DNA from: Vermamoeba vermiformis
Taxonomy: Eukaryota
Assembly: GCA_045837725.1 (NCBI GenBank)
Contig: JBEWZL010000076.1
Location: 62,001 to 126,000 of the forward strand
Direction: 5' to 3'
Length of the DNA stretch: 64,000 bases
The position numbers and the translations under genes are program-made. Positions 27,172 to 38,503 of the stretch are shown piece by piece. Under the pieces are notes generated by a model. The model worked only from the letters and a program-made list of their open reading frames with translations, ran no database searches and was not told the origin of the DNA. The stretch's first letter is position 1; each line of letters opens with the position of its first letter.

Positions 27172-28294
27172 TTAAGCGATGTTGATACCGTAACACCTGC
27201 TGAGCTTGCGGAGCTTCATAAGTTCTCGTATAGCCTCTTTTGCGTGATGATTATTCGGATGATTGTACAGCCGTTCGAGATCCAAAAAACATCCTTTGTA
27301 AGAGCCCGCGTACCAAGGTGCTAATGAACTGAATACGCTTGGACAGAACCGAGCGATTAATGCTGGCACTGCATCTAGAACCACGTAGTAGTACGTATAA
27401 TTGTTGTTCGATAGTTTGAGCAAAATATCGCCAGAAAGACCGAGACGACTCAGTGGTTCATGAACAGCGAGATCAACGGGAGATTCTTTCTTGAACACGT
27501 GCCGATACAATCGTTTGTCAATGCCTGGATAGCACTCCGTTGAAATATTATCGATGAGATTGGCGAGTTGCTGTTGATGGTGCTGCGAGGCAATGATGAG
27601 GTATTGAGAATGCGTGTAATAGTTGACTAACATGCGATTGATGACACTTTGCTGACTCTCGTTGAACTGGCCATATGAACGTGACTCGATGTTGTAAATG
27701 AGTTCACATCGCATCACTGGTCCGTCAGTGTCTGGAGGAGTGCTGAGCCACAACGAGGTGTTATTGTCTCCGATGTCAAGCACTGAATGGATGACACTTG
27801 GTCCGCTCTGAGACTCGTTGCCATGCATGATCACAATGGTGTTGCTGTAAGCGAGTGTAATCTCCACCAGCTCCGTGTCCGTATTTTCGAATACGTAAAG
27901 TTGGACTGCTCGTTGAGTTCCATCGGGCATCGTTTTGAGCCATAAATGGCCAGGCACAATATCAACGAACCCTGCTTGAGCGATGGCCGCTTGAAGTGTG
28001 GGTAATAAGTGAAGGACGTCACTATACAACCATACAATTACAAGGCCTACACGAGGACTTTAATGAATAAACGAGATTAGTTCAAGATAAATAAACAAGG
28101 TCAGTGAATGATAAACAATAATTATTATTCAATTGGACGCAGACCAAAAAAATGTTTCGTGCGTGTATTTAATCAGCTTACTTTGAGCCCATCGCAATCT
28201 CTCTCAGCCACGTACGAGCTGTTTGTTCGGTGCTCACGCGCTTGTTCGAACCCACTTGATGGTCTTCGAAAGCTTCCGCGTACATGCGCTTCAT
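27172..28294 (-). CDS. Orphan family paralog 4, 2 exons
   Basis: Exon 1 MKRMYAEAFEDHQVGSNKRVSTEQTARTWLREIAMGS; exon 2 PRVGLVIVWLY... to the stop at 27172. Confidence 0.85.
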
Positions 28295-28427
28295 GAACGA
28301 GTGAGGAGTGCTGCTGCTTGGTGTTGATTAATGTTCACTTTGGAATCGAGTACTTTTATGATAACTCCTTTTGCGGGTCATGAAATAATTGTCCAAATAA
28401 GGGAAATAAAATCACGTGCCGAATGTT
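28295..28427 (-). repeat. Upstream module of paralog 4, an inverted near-identical copy of 24342-24474
   Basis: Base-by-base comparison shows only a few substitutions. Confidence 0.9.
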
Positions 28428-28658
28428 TGACGACCTTAAGAACACGTCTAAGCAATGTATAAATTCAAATGTGTATATATAAAGATTGTTTGTTTATAAA
28501 AATTAGAGAGACTTTATTATTTTTTTATTCTCAAGAGCATTAATCATCAATCTGCGCCCAGTGTTCTAGCAATTAGGTTGTAGCTTCTGAATAGAGTGGG
28601 AAAATTTGTAATGTAGGGAAGTGTGGGAGGCGAAAAAAAAATAATCCCTGGATCTTCC

Positions 28659-29667
28659 CTACAGATTTGAGTTGGATGTGGCATCGCTCTTTTCGTTGGT
28701 ATTGTTGGCACTATCAGTAGTGTTATCATTAAGCTCTTTAACGGCATTATACACGAGCAATATCTCGCTGTCTGCATCGTCAATCATCTTTTGCAAAAAT
28801 TCTTTTGCCTGTCAAAACAGATCTCGCTTAGTACGCGTTAAAATAAATAGATTGTAAAATCGATATAAATATGCAATATTAATGACTGATATTATCAGAG
28901 ACTTACGTCATCGTTATCGAATGGCGCTGGCTTGGATCGAACAGAATCAAAAACGTAAAGTAGCCCGTTCATTTTCCTAGCCGAGATCCAATGACGTGAT
29001 TTCCACAAGCCCATGAACTTGGATGATTTGTAGTTTAATATTAGACCGAATATAGTGTTCAGATCCAGATCTTTGGTCGCTAGAAGAAATAGAAAAAAAA
29101 TTAATTCAACAGATCGAGGCAATCGTTCGTATGGTTGAAATTTGATTTTAAAATAATAGTAGTACTATAAAAATTAATATAATAGTATTGGAGCTTACAT
29201 TTCCTCTTGTCAAACCATTTTACTTCAAAGCCTTGATCTTCGATCGCTTTAATCAGGACATTTGCGTCGTAATTTCCCAAGCCCCTATGATATATCAAAT
29301 TAATACGGTCATAATAACTATAATATAACTTACAAAACGCTTTTGTGAGGATTTATCCACGCGTTAGAAAATGAATTCGCAATTGCATCCAGGTCTTTGG
29401 CAGTGTATATTTTTTTTTGCAACTGAAATATTATTAATCACGTGCTATAATACGGTGTTTGTGAACCATAATCAGGAAAAATTATTTGATTTCAAAAATA
29501 TTATTTTTTGGATGTTTACTTGACATCCACGAAATGAATTGTTTTATGGCCATTCAGTTAATGTAATTTACCAAATTATTAATGGCGTGCATAGCACATC
29601 GTTGTAAGCTTTGTTTTTCGTGGTAGAATTGGATCTCCTTTGAATTATTCTTGTCTTTCTTCTCCAT
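28659..29667 (-). CDS. Josephin-domain deubiquitinase (JOSD-like)
   Basis: FYHEKQSLQRCAMHAINNL, INPHKSVLGLGNYDANVL, SRHWIS, VFDS; the Cys-His-Asp triad is intact. Confidence 0.95.
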
Positions 29668-29801
29668 GCTTTGTCTAATTGATACTAAAGTACTACTTAA
29701 ATAAATAAGTAAATCGAGATATATATTGTGGTCTGTTGTTCATAAGATACGGCATAAAAAACACCCAACAAAATAGTTTATTTTTGGATCACGTGATCAA
29801 T

Positions 29802-31421
29802 TTAGAACAACAATGTTACTAAATACAAGATAGCAATGACTATATTAACACCGTCTCGTACAGCGATTGAGGCCGAAGGAGTTGCAGCAGGTCCATTTTG
29901 AACATTCAAATTAAGTTCAATCGAATAATGGTCACTAACAGCTGTCGCTTGCGTGTAATTCAAATTAAAATCTGCAAAAATACGCGTTAAAAACTGAAAT
30001 TTCCTTAACTTGACAAACTTGCCACCACTTACACGAATCATAAGTGAAGACCGTAGCGTTATAAACCAAGTCATTCAACGGGCCTTGATTAACGACAAAT
30101 CGGTCATAAGGACATACGGTAGCTTAATAAAAATTATATTAGTAACTAATTATGAGTTTTTGAAGAAGTTTGTGGATCCGCGTGCACTCACTAGTTGTGG
30201 TCGTGTCGCTTTCATCAGGAATCCACCAAACAAATCTAAATATATAAAATCTGTTAGACATACTCGGCTACAATATAATATCGATCATTACATACCTTGA
30301 TTCGTTTCTCAGGCGGATTGAACTCCACGCAGATTTCGACACGTAAGTGCATCCACCGTTGAAGTCCTGTAAGGCATTAATACCTTCATACAATACTACG
30401 TATCATATATTATATATAATTGATTCATATGATGGCGTTAATTATTGATTTGAAGCACTTACGCCCATAACAAGTCCGTTCGGTACGGCAAAGAATTGAA
30501 CGGTCTCATCAAACACGTCAGCGAGTGCATCGATCTCCGAGACAGCGTAGTCAGGTGAAGTGTGAATGGGAATGGTAAAGAATTGAAAACCTAATTAGTT
30601 AACGATATGTCAGTTCAGAAACAAAATTTGACCTACGAGGCTTTTTTTCATAGAGTCATGACCAAAAAATAGATAAAATATGTCATATGACGTACGCAGT
30701 ATTTGTAGTATCTAGTTAGTCTATCATTGAGAAGCTTACCGTTAGAGTTGATCTTCCATAAATTTGGGAATGGCGGTCGTTCAAAGCGGTTCAAAGTGTC
30801 GTTGTATTGAAATGCAGCGAGGTGAGTAAATTCACTTTCTTTGTAGAAGAATCCATATTGTTCTTTGCTGGCAGTACGGCCTACATAAGGATTAATTGAG
30901 CGAAGAGGCCATTATTAGGATCTCGGTTGTTTGTTTACTTTATGGAATAGAATGATATAGAGTAGGCTTATTTTATGTTATATTAGACATACCTAATCGA
31001 TCGCTGACAATTAACGAATATTTGGGACCATCGTAATTGTTGATCATGTCAAGCAGCTGGAAAACAGCAGTTTGTGTCGAGTCTAGGTAATAAAATACGT
31101 TAATACTCATAGCAAGTTATTAGGGCCTTATTTTCGATTGTTTAAGCGCGTTAGAAAGCGGAAAATATCAACCGGTTGCATGATCGGCGCCGACCAAATT
31201 TCATATTTTGACGAATAATTATTACCTCTGATTTCTTGAATGAGTGCCAAGTCATATCGTCGAAATATTTGGACTAAAATCGCGGCTACATCCGGATTTG
31301 CCATTTTTGTTGTGCCGAAAACTTGAACATTAAATGCACCAATAGTTAACGACTCCGAAACAATAGTAACGCATAATAAAATAAATAATACAGGTAATAG
31401 ATATTTAATACAGCCGCGCAT
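29802..31421 (-). CDS. DNase I-family endonuclease with signal peptide and hydrophobic (GPI-like) C-terminus
   Basis: IGAFNVQVFG, IQEIRD, KEQY, FERPP, PIHTSP, MGDFNGGC, CPYDRFVV, SDHYSIE. Confidence 0.93.
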
Positions 31422-31639
31422 CTTGATCTGTCAATGAATCCAATTATATTGTCTTAGTAAAGCATAAACGATCGACAAGTATAATTGGTGTTGATATCAA
31501 GCAAGTTAAATAATAAAATTTGCGAACGCCAGATTTTTCGACCAGGAACTTTCGCGCACTTTTGTTTGATCAAACACACTTCAATTTGATTTTTAAACAA
31601 ACTTTCAATATAGCACTTCATATTAAAGTGTTAATATAA

Positions 31640-32992
31640 ATGTGGAAGCAATCAACACAAGTCAAATTTTGGTTCTACACGCCTGAGAAATTGGCGGAGC
31701 TACGAGCTCAAACTAATTCCAGTGTTGAGGATAAGGTACAATAATTATTTTAAAAATATATATAATGCACGGGCGCTATTTATTTGCCTAATTCGAAGAA
31801 TTACGCAATTAGTCAAACAAAAAAATTATTCAAAAAAATCAATAATTTTCTTAGCGCTCTTGCCGTCACGATTTTTACTAAAATAGTACGACTAATATTA
31901 ATAAATAATTATAGATGGCTGTTGATGGCGAAGAAGCAGCTCCCCAACGTAAGCACAAATGACACTTGAACCAACAAAAACAGATCTTAACATCTTGCTC
32001 TTATAGCCACCGGAGAACGATTGACAGTCGACGAAGAGTCCACAATTAGAATATTTTACGAGTCAAAATTGATAGAGATCTGCGCCAAAGTGTTTTTATG
32101 TCCTGAAAAGGTCACTGTAGGCAACTGCGCATTATTGTGCATTCTTTATAACCATATTAAGTGTATATTATACTATAGGCTACCGCAGTAACATTTTTCA
32201 AACGATTTTTCCTCTATCAGACTTTAATGGATTACGATCCACAAAAAATGATGTACGTAGCAGATCTACTTCTCTCTTAGTCGGTTCTGTAATGTCCTAA
32301 CAAAATTCAATAGGGCTGCATGTATATACCTCGCTTGTAAAGTTGAGGAGTTCCACATTGACGCGGATCGAGTCTCAGACAAATTCAACAAACAGTCGTC
32401 GGCTGACGAGATTATAGAGAATGAATTATTGCTGCTTGACGGCCTTAATTTTCATTTACAAGTCATGCACCCATTTAGACCCTTGCTAGGATTCATTACA
32501 GACTTAAAGGTTAGTTTTCGTGATCGGGATCCCCGGGCGACCTCATTCTTTCTGTACGAATACTGATATATAACTATAGGAAAAAAATAAGAAGCCTTAC
32601 GACAAGCTGTACGAGAAGTCGAAACAATTTATTATGTGGAGTCTTGTAACGGATGCGATGTTCTTGTTCTCTCCATCGCATTTAGCCTTGGCTGCATTAC
32701 GAAAAGGAGCTAAAGTCCTAAATATAGAAGATGACGTGGATAAGTAAGCACAGATTATACGACCAAGGCGACAAGATCTGGATCTCAGGAATAATTTTCG
32801 ATTCAATTTCGTAGGTACATTGTGAGCGTATTCAAAGAAGAAATGCTCGAGCAACTGCAAAAAATAGATCCATATTTAGAAGAATTTAAGCTCGCGCCAT
32901 TACTCACGCAAGTAAAAGAAGTCGATAAGAAATTAAAATTGTATAAGAACCCTTCATTAGCGCAAAAGACACAAACGCCAGCTCAACAATAA
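31640..32992 (+). CDS. CCNH: Cyclin H (CAK/TFIIH)
   Basis: STQVKFWFYT, LTVDEE, ATAVTFFKRFFL..MDYDP, YLACKVEEF, ELLLLDGLNFHLQVMHPFRPL. Confidence 0.92.
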
Positions 32993-33141
32993 ATGCTTGT
33001 AATATATACGCGCGCTATAATATTAATTAATTTTCTTTTACTATGAACATACTATACAAAAAAGGTATCGAAATGGAAGAAGAGAACTGAATCCAGCTTG
33101 TCGACGATGGCTTAGCTACAAATACGAAGTGCGCAGTATGC

Positions 33142-34147
33142 TTAAAGCGTCTTGCACTTCAACTGCTTCAAAATATTCTTCTTGCTAAGCTTGCTCTTAG
33201 TCTTCGTCCTCTCGCCAGGACCGTTGTTAGCACCGCGAATCTGGCGCACAATGTACTCGAAAACTTCATCGATGTTCGTTCTAACCTTAGCGCTGGTCTC
33301 GAACAAGCGAGAGTTCCATTTCTCAGCGAATGCTTGGCCTTCAGCAGTGGAGACTTGGCGTTTGTCGACCAAATCTGCCTTATTTCCTACGATCACGATA
33401 GGAACTTTGCCAACATCTTCTTCCTTAACTCGCAAGATGTGGTCGCGAATGGGCGCGAGGTGGTCCAACGAGTCTTTGTTAGCAATGTTGTACACCAAAA
33501 TAAAGCCTTCGCTTTGACGAATCCACTACACGAAGAATAATATTAGTGACTGAACTAAGCAAGTAAAATATAATTGAGGATAACGTATGGTTGAGGTAAA
33601 TGAATAGGGGCACTTACTTGGTCACGAAGGGCGGTGTACTCAGCTTGACCTGCAGTATCTAGAATCTCCAGAACGGCGGTCTCTCCATCGACAACTAATT
33701 GCTTTCTGCTTAATAAATATTATTACCACGCATTTATTGCAAGGTTTAAGGGCAGGTAAGTTTGGCACTGAATTTGATCGGCCGGTACGAAATTTTAGAT
33801 TTCGGCTGGAATGCTTAAAAATTAACAAAACTCGTAATAATATTTACCTGTATGAATCTTCAATAGTGGGATCATATTCTTCAACAAAATGGTGGGATAC
33901 AAGCTGAATTGTAACAGCAGTCTTGCCAACACCTACCGATTTGAACAGATTAATTATTACTGTCATTCTATACGTGTCTAATTGATATAGGCGATCCATA
34001 TAATTATTGTATGTAATTTTAAGTGTTGCTTCTTCAATAAATATTCAAAGCAAACTGGTTAACGGTAGGTAAATCTAGCTCGCTCGTACCTCCGTCACCC
34101 AAAACGCACAGCTTGAGGAGGGCAGGGGTAGTACTTGTGGCAGCCAT
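33142..34147 (-). CDS. Ras-family GTPase
   Basis: [50 protein letters not shown] box CKTL. Confidence 0.96.
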
Positions 34148-34313
34148 GTCTAAAGTTTTTATTAAAAGCAACAGTTCCTTGTTCTTTCCGTTTTCGGTCT
34201 TCCAAATTTAAACGTTTTCTGATTGGTCGGTTCAAAAATAGATTTTGTCGACAAGCAAAAATCTGCATGTAGATACGCGCAAAGTATTGGATTACGAATT
34301 CCGCTTGATTTCA

Positions 34314-35471
34314 TTATTTGTAAGTTTTAATGACGTAATTTCGTTTCTGTTGTTGTACAATACGGAATGTTGTTTGATTAGCGAGGTAGGTATTGATTGT
34401 GCCGATATTGTCACATATGAACGTGAAGATGCTGCTAGACCTGGTTCGCAAGTACCTACGAGACCACATGGTAACGAATCTGAAAATATTTAGCCAGATC
34501 TCCATTGGAAATATATTGAGCATATCATCCAATCTTCTAGCAAATGTAATGCATGCAATAATGATAGAATTTCTTTGATTTCGAGCTGCGGCGTAGTTCT
34601 CCATCAAATGATTGTTACTGTCAGCGTTTCGCTTCAAAACCGACAATTGGCAGTTGAGCAGCGATGTGTTTTTGAAGAATGCGTCTGTCAATTTACGGTT
34701 GAGATCGGACGCTATGTCTCTAACGGATGTTTTCTGAATACTTCGTTCAGAGAAGTTGCCTCGCAAACACAGCAAAGTCTTGGTTCGTCGCAAATATCGA
34801 CACAAACTGTCCACAATGACTGCGGTAATGGGCAAGTCAGTCACGTCTAGTTTGAGCAGCGTTGTATTCTCTTCAAGCGCTGCAAACAGCTCTTTGTATC
34901 CGTCCTCTTCCACGTTGATATTGAACGACAAATTGAGTTCTAATAGTGTCGTATTCTTCTTCATTGCTCGAGCTATTAATTTCATTCCTGCGTCTCGCAT
35001 TGATACCGCGGACAAGTGCAGTGTTTTCAGCGAGCAATTGAACTCGATAATCTTCGCAATGTCGTGCATAGTTGAGGAGTATGCGTCTTCAAAGTAGTTC
35101 GAGCTTAAATCAAGAACTCTAATAGTACTATTACATTGCACGTATTTGCTGAATCTTTCAATGACCAGTTGGTTGTCCTCATCGCACGGCAGAAATTTGC
35201 CCATAAATAGCCGTTTCAAAGAGGGATGACATTTAAGAGCCTCAAATAAAGCATAATATTGTGCGCTTGAAACTTTAGCACCAGTTAAATATAGAGCTTT
35301 CAACGTATGGTGCTTTGAGATCGCGCTTATAAAAAGGGAAAAGCAGTCGTCTGTCCAAACGAGCGGTGCGAGTTCTACTTGGGTTAATTCTGGCTCAATA
35401 ACGAATTTCTTAGCACTTAGCATCAGCTTTTTGATGTCCTCACTCGTCTTGGCTGCTTCAATGGACGACAT
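34314..35471 (-). CDS. Intronless RNI-like leucine-rich-repeat protein with a C-terminal F-box-like motif
   Basis: Repeats such as NSTIRVLDLSSN, NCSLKTLHLS, NTTLLELNLSFN; IFPMEIWLNIFRFV near the C-terminus. Confidence 0.85.
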   Translation of the reverse strand: MSSIEAAKTSEDIKKLMLSAKKFVIEPELTQVELAPLVWTDDCFSLFISAISKHHTLKALYLTGAKVSSAQYYALFEALKCHPSLKRLFMGKFLPCDEDNQLVIERFSKYVQCNSTIRVLDLSSNYFEDAYSSTMHDIAKIIEFNCSLKTLHLSAVSMRDAGMKLIARAMKKNTTLLELNLSFNINVEEDGYKELFAALEENTTLLKLDVTDLPITAVIVDSLCRYLRRTKTLLCLRGNFSERSIQKTSVRDIASDLNRKLTDAFFKNTSLLNCQLSVLKRNADSNNHLMENYAAARNQRNSIIIACITFARRLDDMLNIFPMEIWLNIFRFVTMWSRRYLRTRSSSIFTFICDNIGTINTYLANQTTFRIVQQQKRNYVIKTYK

Positions 35472-35841
35472 CTGATTTTTTAAATTAATAATTATTAATG
35501 AGTTTATTTAGCGAGTGAAATTCATAAAGGGAATATTTTGTTATGAGGGCACAATTATTTTAATATTTGAGATTTTCTGTTCGCGTAGGATGGTAAATTA
35601 TTAAATATATAAAATGCCTACCTTCGCTTGAACTTCCGATTGCTATTGATGAAGGATGGATAAACTGTTGTTATGTCCTATTGTCACAACGTGTGTGCTT
35701 TTGTCTTGTTCAAATCATTGAATAATAAAGTGTCGACCACCAAAGCATGATTTGTTTGACAGTCAAAATTGTTTTATTCTAAGAGTACAATACTTTGATA
35801 AGAAATTACATCCAAAATAAATATTAGAAGAAGAGCCTTAT

Positions 35842-38247
35842 TTAATCGTCCAAGGCCACGAGCTCGTCTTTCATGCGACCCTTCGCATCTCGTGCACTTT
35901 CTATGGACATCGTGAAGATCGTTTCTTTGTCCTTCACTATAAATGCAATATTATCGTCAATATAAATGGATATTAAGGTCAGTCATTCGTCGCACGTACC
36001 GTCAAAAGTGATGTTTGTTTTGCCAACACGAACAACATCGCCAGGCTTCAATGGCGCTTTCGTTACTCGCTTGCCGTTCAATTTAGTGCCTCTACTGCTT
36101 CCTAAATCTACGACATATGGAATATTGTTCTCGATCTAAAAATGAAATTCGCGTAAATTAAACATTTTTTTTTTGATGCAGATGCGTTTTTTAGTCCGCG
36201 AAGGTTCTAATACTTACGTCAATCTTAGAGTGATTTCTGCTAATATATTTATCATCGACAGAGACCTGGTTGGTGCTAGATCGACCAATCGTGATTGAAG
36301 TGCCCTTCGGCTTGATCGTTTTCAACTTGGCTCCTTCTTCGGGTGCTTGGATGTGCAGTGAGATACGACCCTCGAGATTTTTTAAGTATCTGTAGCCCTT
36401 GTCGTCTACATCCACTTGTTCTTTACCAGCGGTCGCTACGATAAATACCAAGACGTCAATATTCATTCAAAGTTAGGGGTACGCGATCCACGGGTATCAT
36501 CTCAAATTATTGCGATAATGGTCCAATATTATTATAGTTACCTTTAATTTTGTCCTTGCGCAATCGCATAGCATTCAATGAATTCACCCATTCAGTAGCT
36601 GCGACTTGATGTTTGGCTTTCAAGTCAAATGAACGAAGAGGTGTCTTGATAACAAAGCTGATTCGATTGATATTAGTCATCTATATCATATTTAATTTAA
36701 GTTATACTTACGAGTCACTGCCTTGCTGCAATTCAACGTCGCTGACATAACGCATATCAATCAACGCGTAAGGAATAGAATTGAACTGCGGAAGTTAAGA
36801 TTAGTATAATAATACTGATAATATCATATTAACTCAGTATAAAAGTAACGAGTCTTCAAATTATTAGGCCAGTAACAGTGGCACAGAGTACTGGCCACGC
36901 GTAAGATCCGCGGAGATTATTCCGAGATTAAATGGAGTACTTACGCTTGTTCGATGGTGAGGCTTGAAGAGATAAAAATAACCTTTATACAACACTCCAT
37001 AGAGTTTTTTGCGCTCGTTTGTTTCTCGTCCTGTAACTTTCAACAGCTCCAAATGACCTTCCTAATATAGTAATAACAAGTAAATCAATGCATAACGCTC
37101 AATGCATCTAATCGATACTCTATATAGTATTATATGTGGCTAAGTACCTTTTCTTTCTTAGTCTGTTGCGAAATGAAAAATCCTGCTTCGTTGAGAGCCT
37201 CCATAATCTTTCGATAACGCATTTCAATCAATTGTTCTTGCTCGTCCAACAGTGGCATCAGCTCCTTTAATAATAATAAAATTAGAATCATTTATATTAT
37301 TATTAATCGCTAAACTTAGGAAGAAAGTTGACAACGGACCGTTCAAATTTAGTAACTGAATCATCGTGAACGTTGTCATTATTTTAATACTATTATAATA
37401 ACTATATTATAGGTCATAAAAATGGTAGCTAAAGTTTGATCGCGCGAAATCTGAGTTTCTCGCGATTAAAAAATTAAAAATAGAGAACTTACTTGGCGAA
37501 CTTCTTCTTTCTCTTCAATCTCTTCTTTAGTATATTTATTCACCATGAGCTCGTGAAACACTGCTTCCCAGCTTTTAGCATCTGTTTCGTCGGATGGAGC
37601 CAATCTGACGATTCTTCCGGCAGAGACTAATAAAATTCTGAACGTATTAACTGGTCTGCCTTTATCTATTTGTTGCGCAGCAAGCTCATCTTCTTTTGTA
37701 ATGCTGTAAGGATAGACGTAGACTACGGGAAGGACCGAGTGTCGTTTTTTCGTCTAAATAAAATTTGAATTAATTGAGTACCATGTATTATAGTTCATTA
37801 TTAATACGGGTGCTCATATAGAATGCGTATTGATATTTGCAAAATCAAACGAAATTTAAATTTCTGTGGCAGTTTATTACAAGATATCTTTTAGGGTTGT
37901 CAATTTATCATGTACACGCAGCATTATTATAGTAAATATTTTTATAGCTTATTGATGAGTAAAAAACGACTTACATCCGAGCTGCTGTAAAAACACAATT
38001 GATCGGCATCTAGCTCGCAGTAATATTTTTTCCAGGTATCGTTATGTCTCTTTCTATATAAATAACCAGTGAATCTAATATCGTAGACACCAGATGTATT
38101 TCTTGGAGGCTGTTCGAGCCTCGACATCAGCAGTTGGATATCCTGCTTGAGCGCCTTGAAAGGATTGCGTCCAAGCTTTTCATCCTCTCTGCTGACGAGC
38201 TCTACCTCGCTGTGGTCATTAGTAGAGTTAGTGACTAGTCTCTCCAT
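35842..38247 (-). CDS. PH-PH-FHA domain adaptor protein
   Basis: PH1 FTGYLYRKRHNDTWKKYYCEL...AKSWEAVF; PH2 EGHLELL...ATEWVNSL; FHA ITIGRS...ISRNH...DLGSSRGTKLNG..LKPGDVVRVG. Confidence 0.85.
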
Positions 38248-38503
38248 CCTCGCGTTTAATAAATTGAATTAAAAAATCAATTCGTAAAATTCCGTTTCAG
38301 TTGTGCGCTTAAAATAGCACAAATTATCAACGATCGAAGAATAGTGGTATAAAGGCACGACGTATACTTCATGAAGATAGCGGTGATGCTGAGATTAACA
38401 GATCCGGAGTTTTTTGCGGATTATTTTGGTTATTTATTTATAATACAAGGTATATCACATTATTAATAAATGAGAGATGCTTCGTTGTGATATTATTCCA
38501 TTT

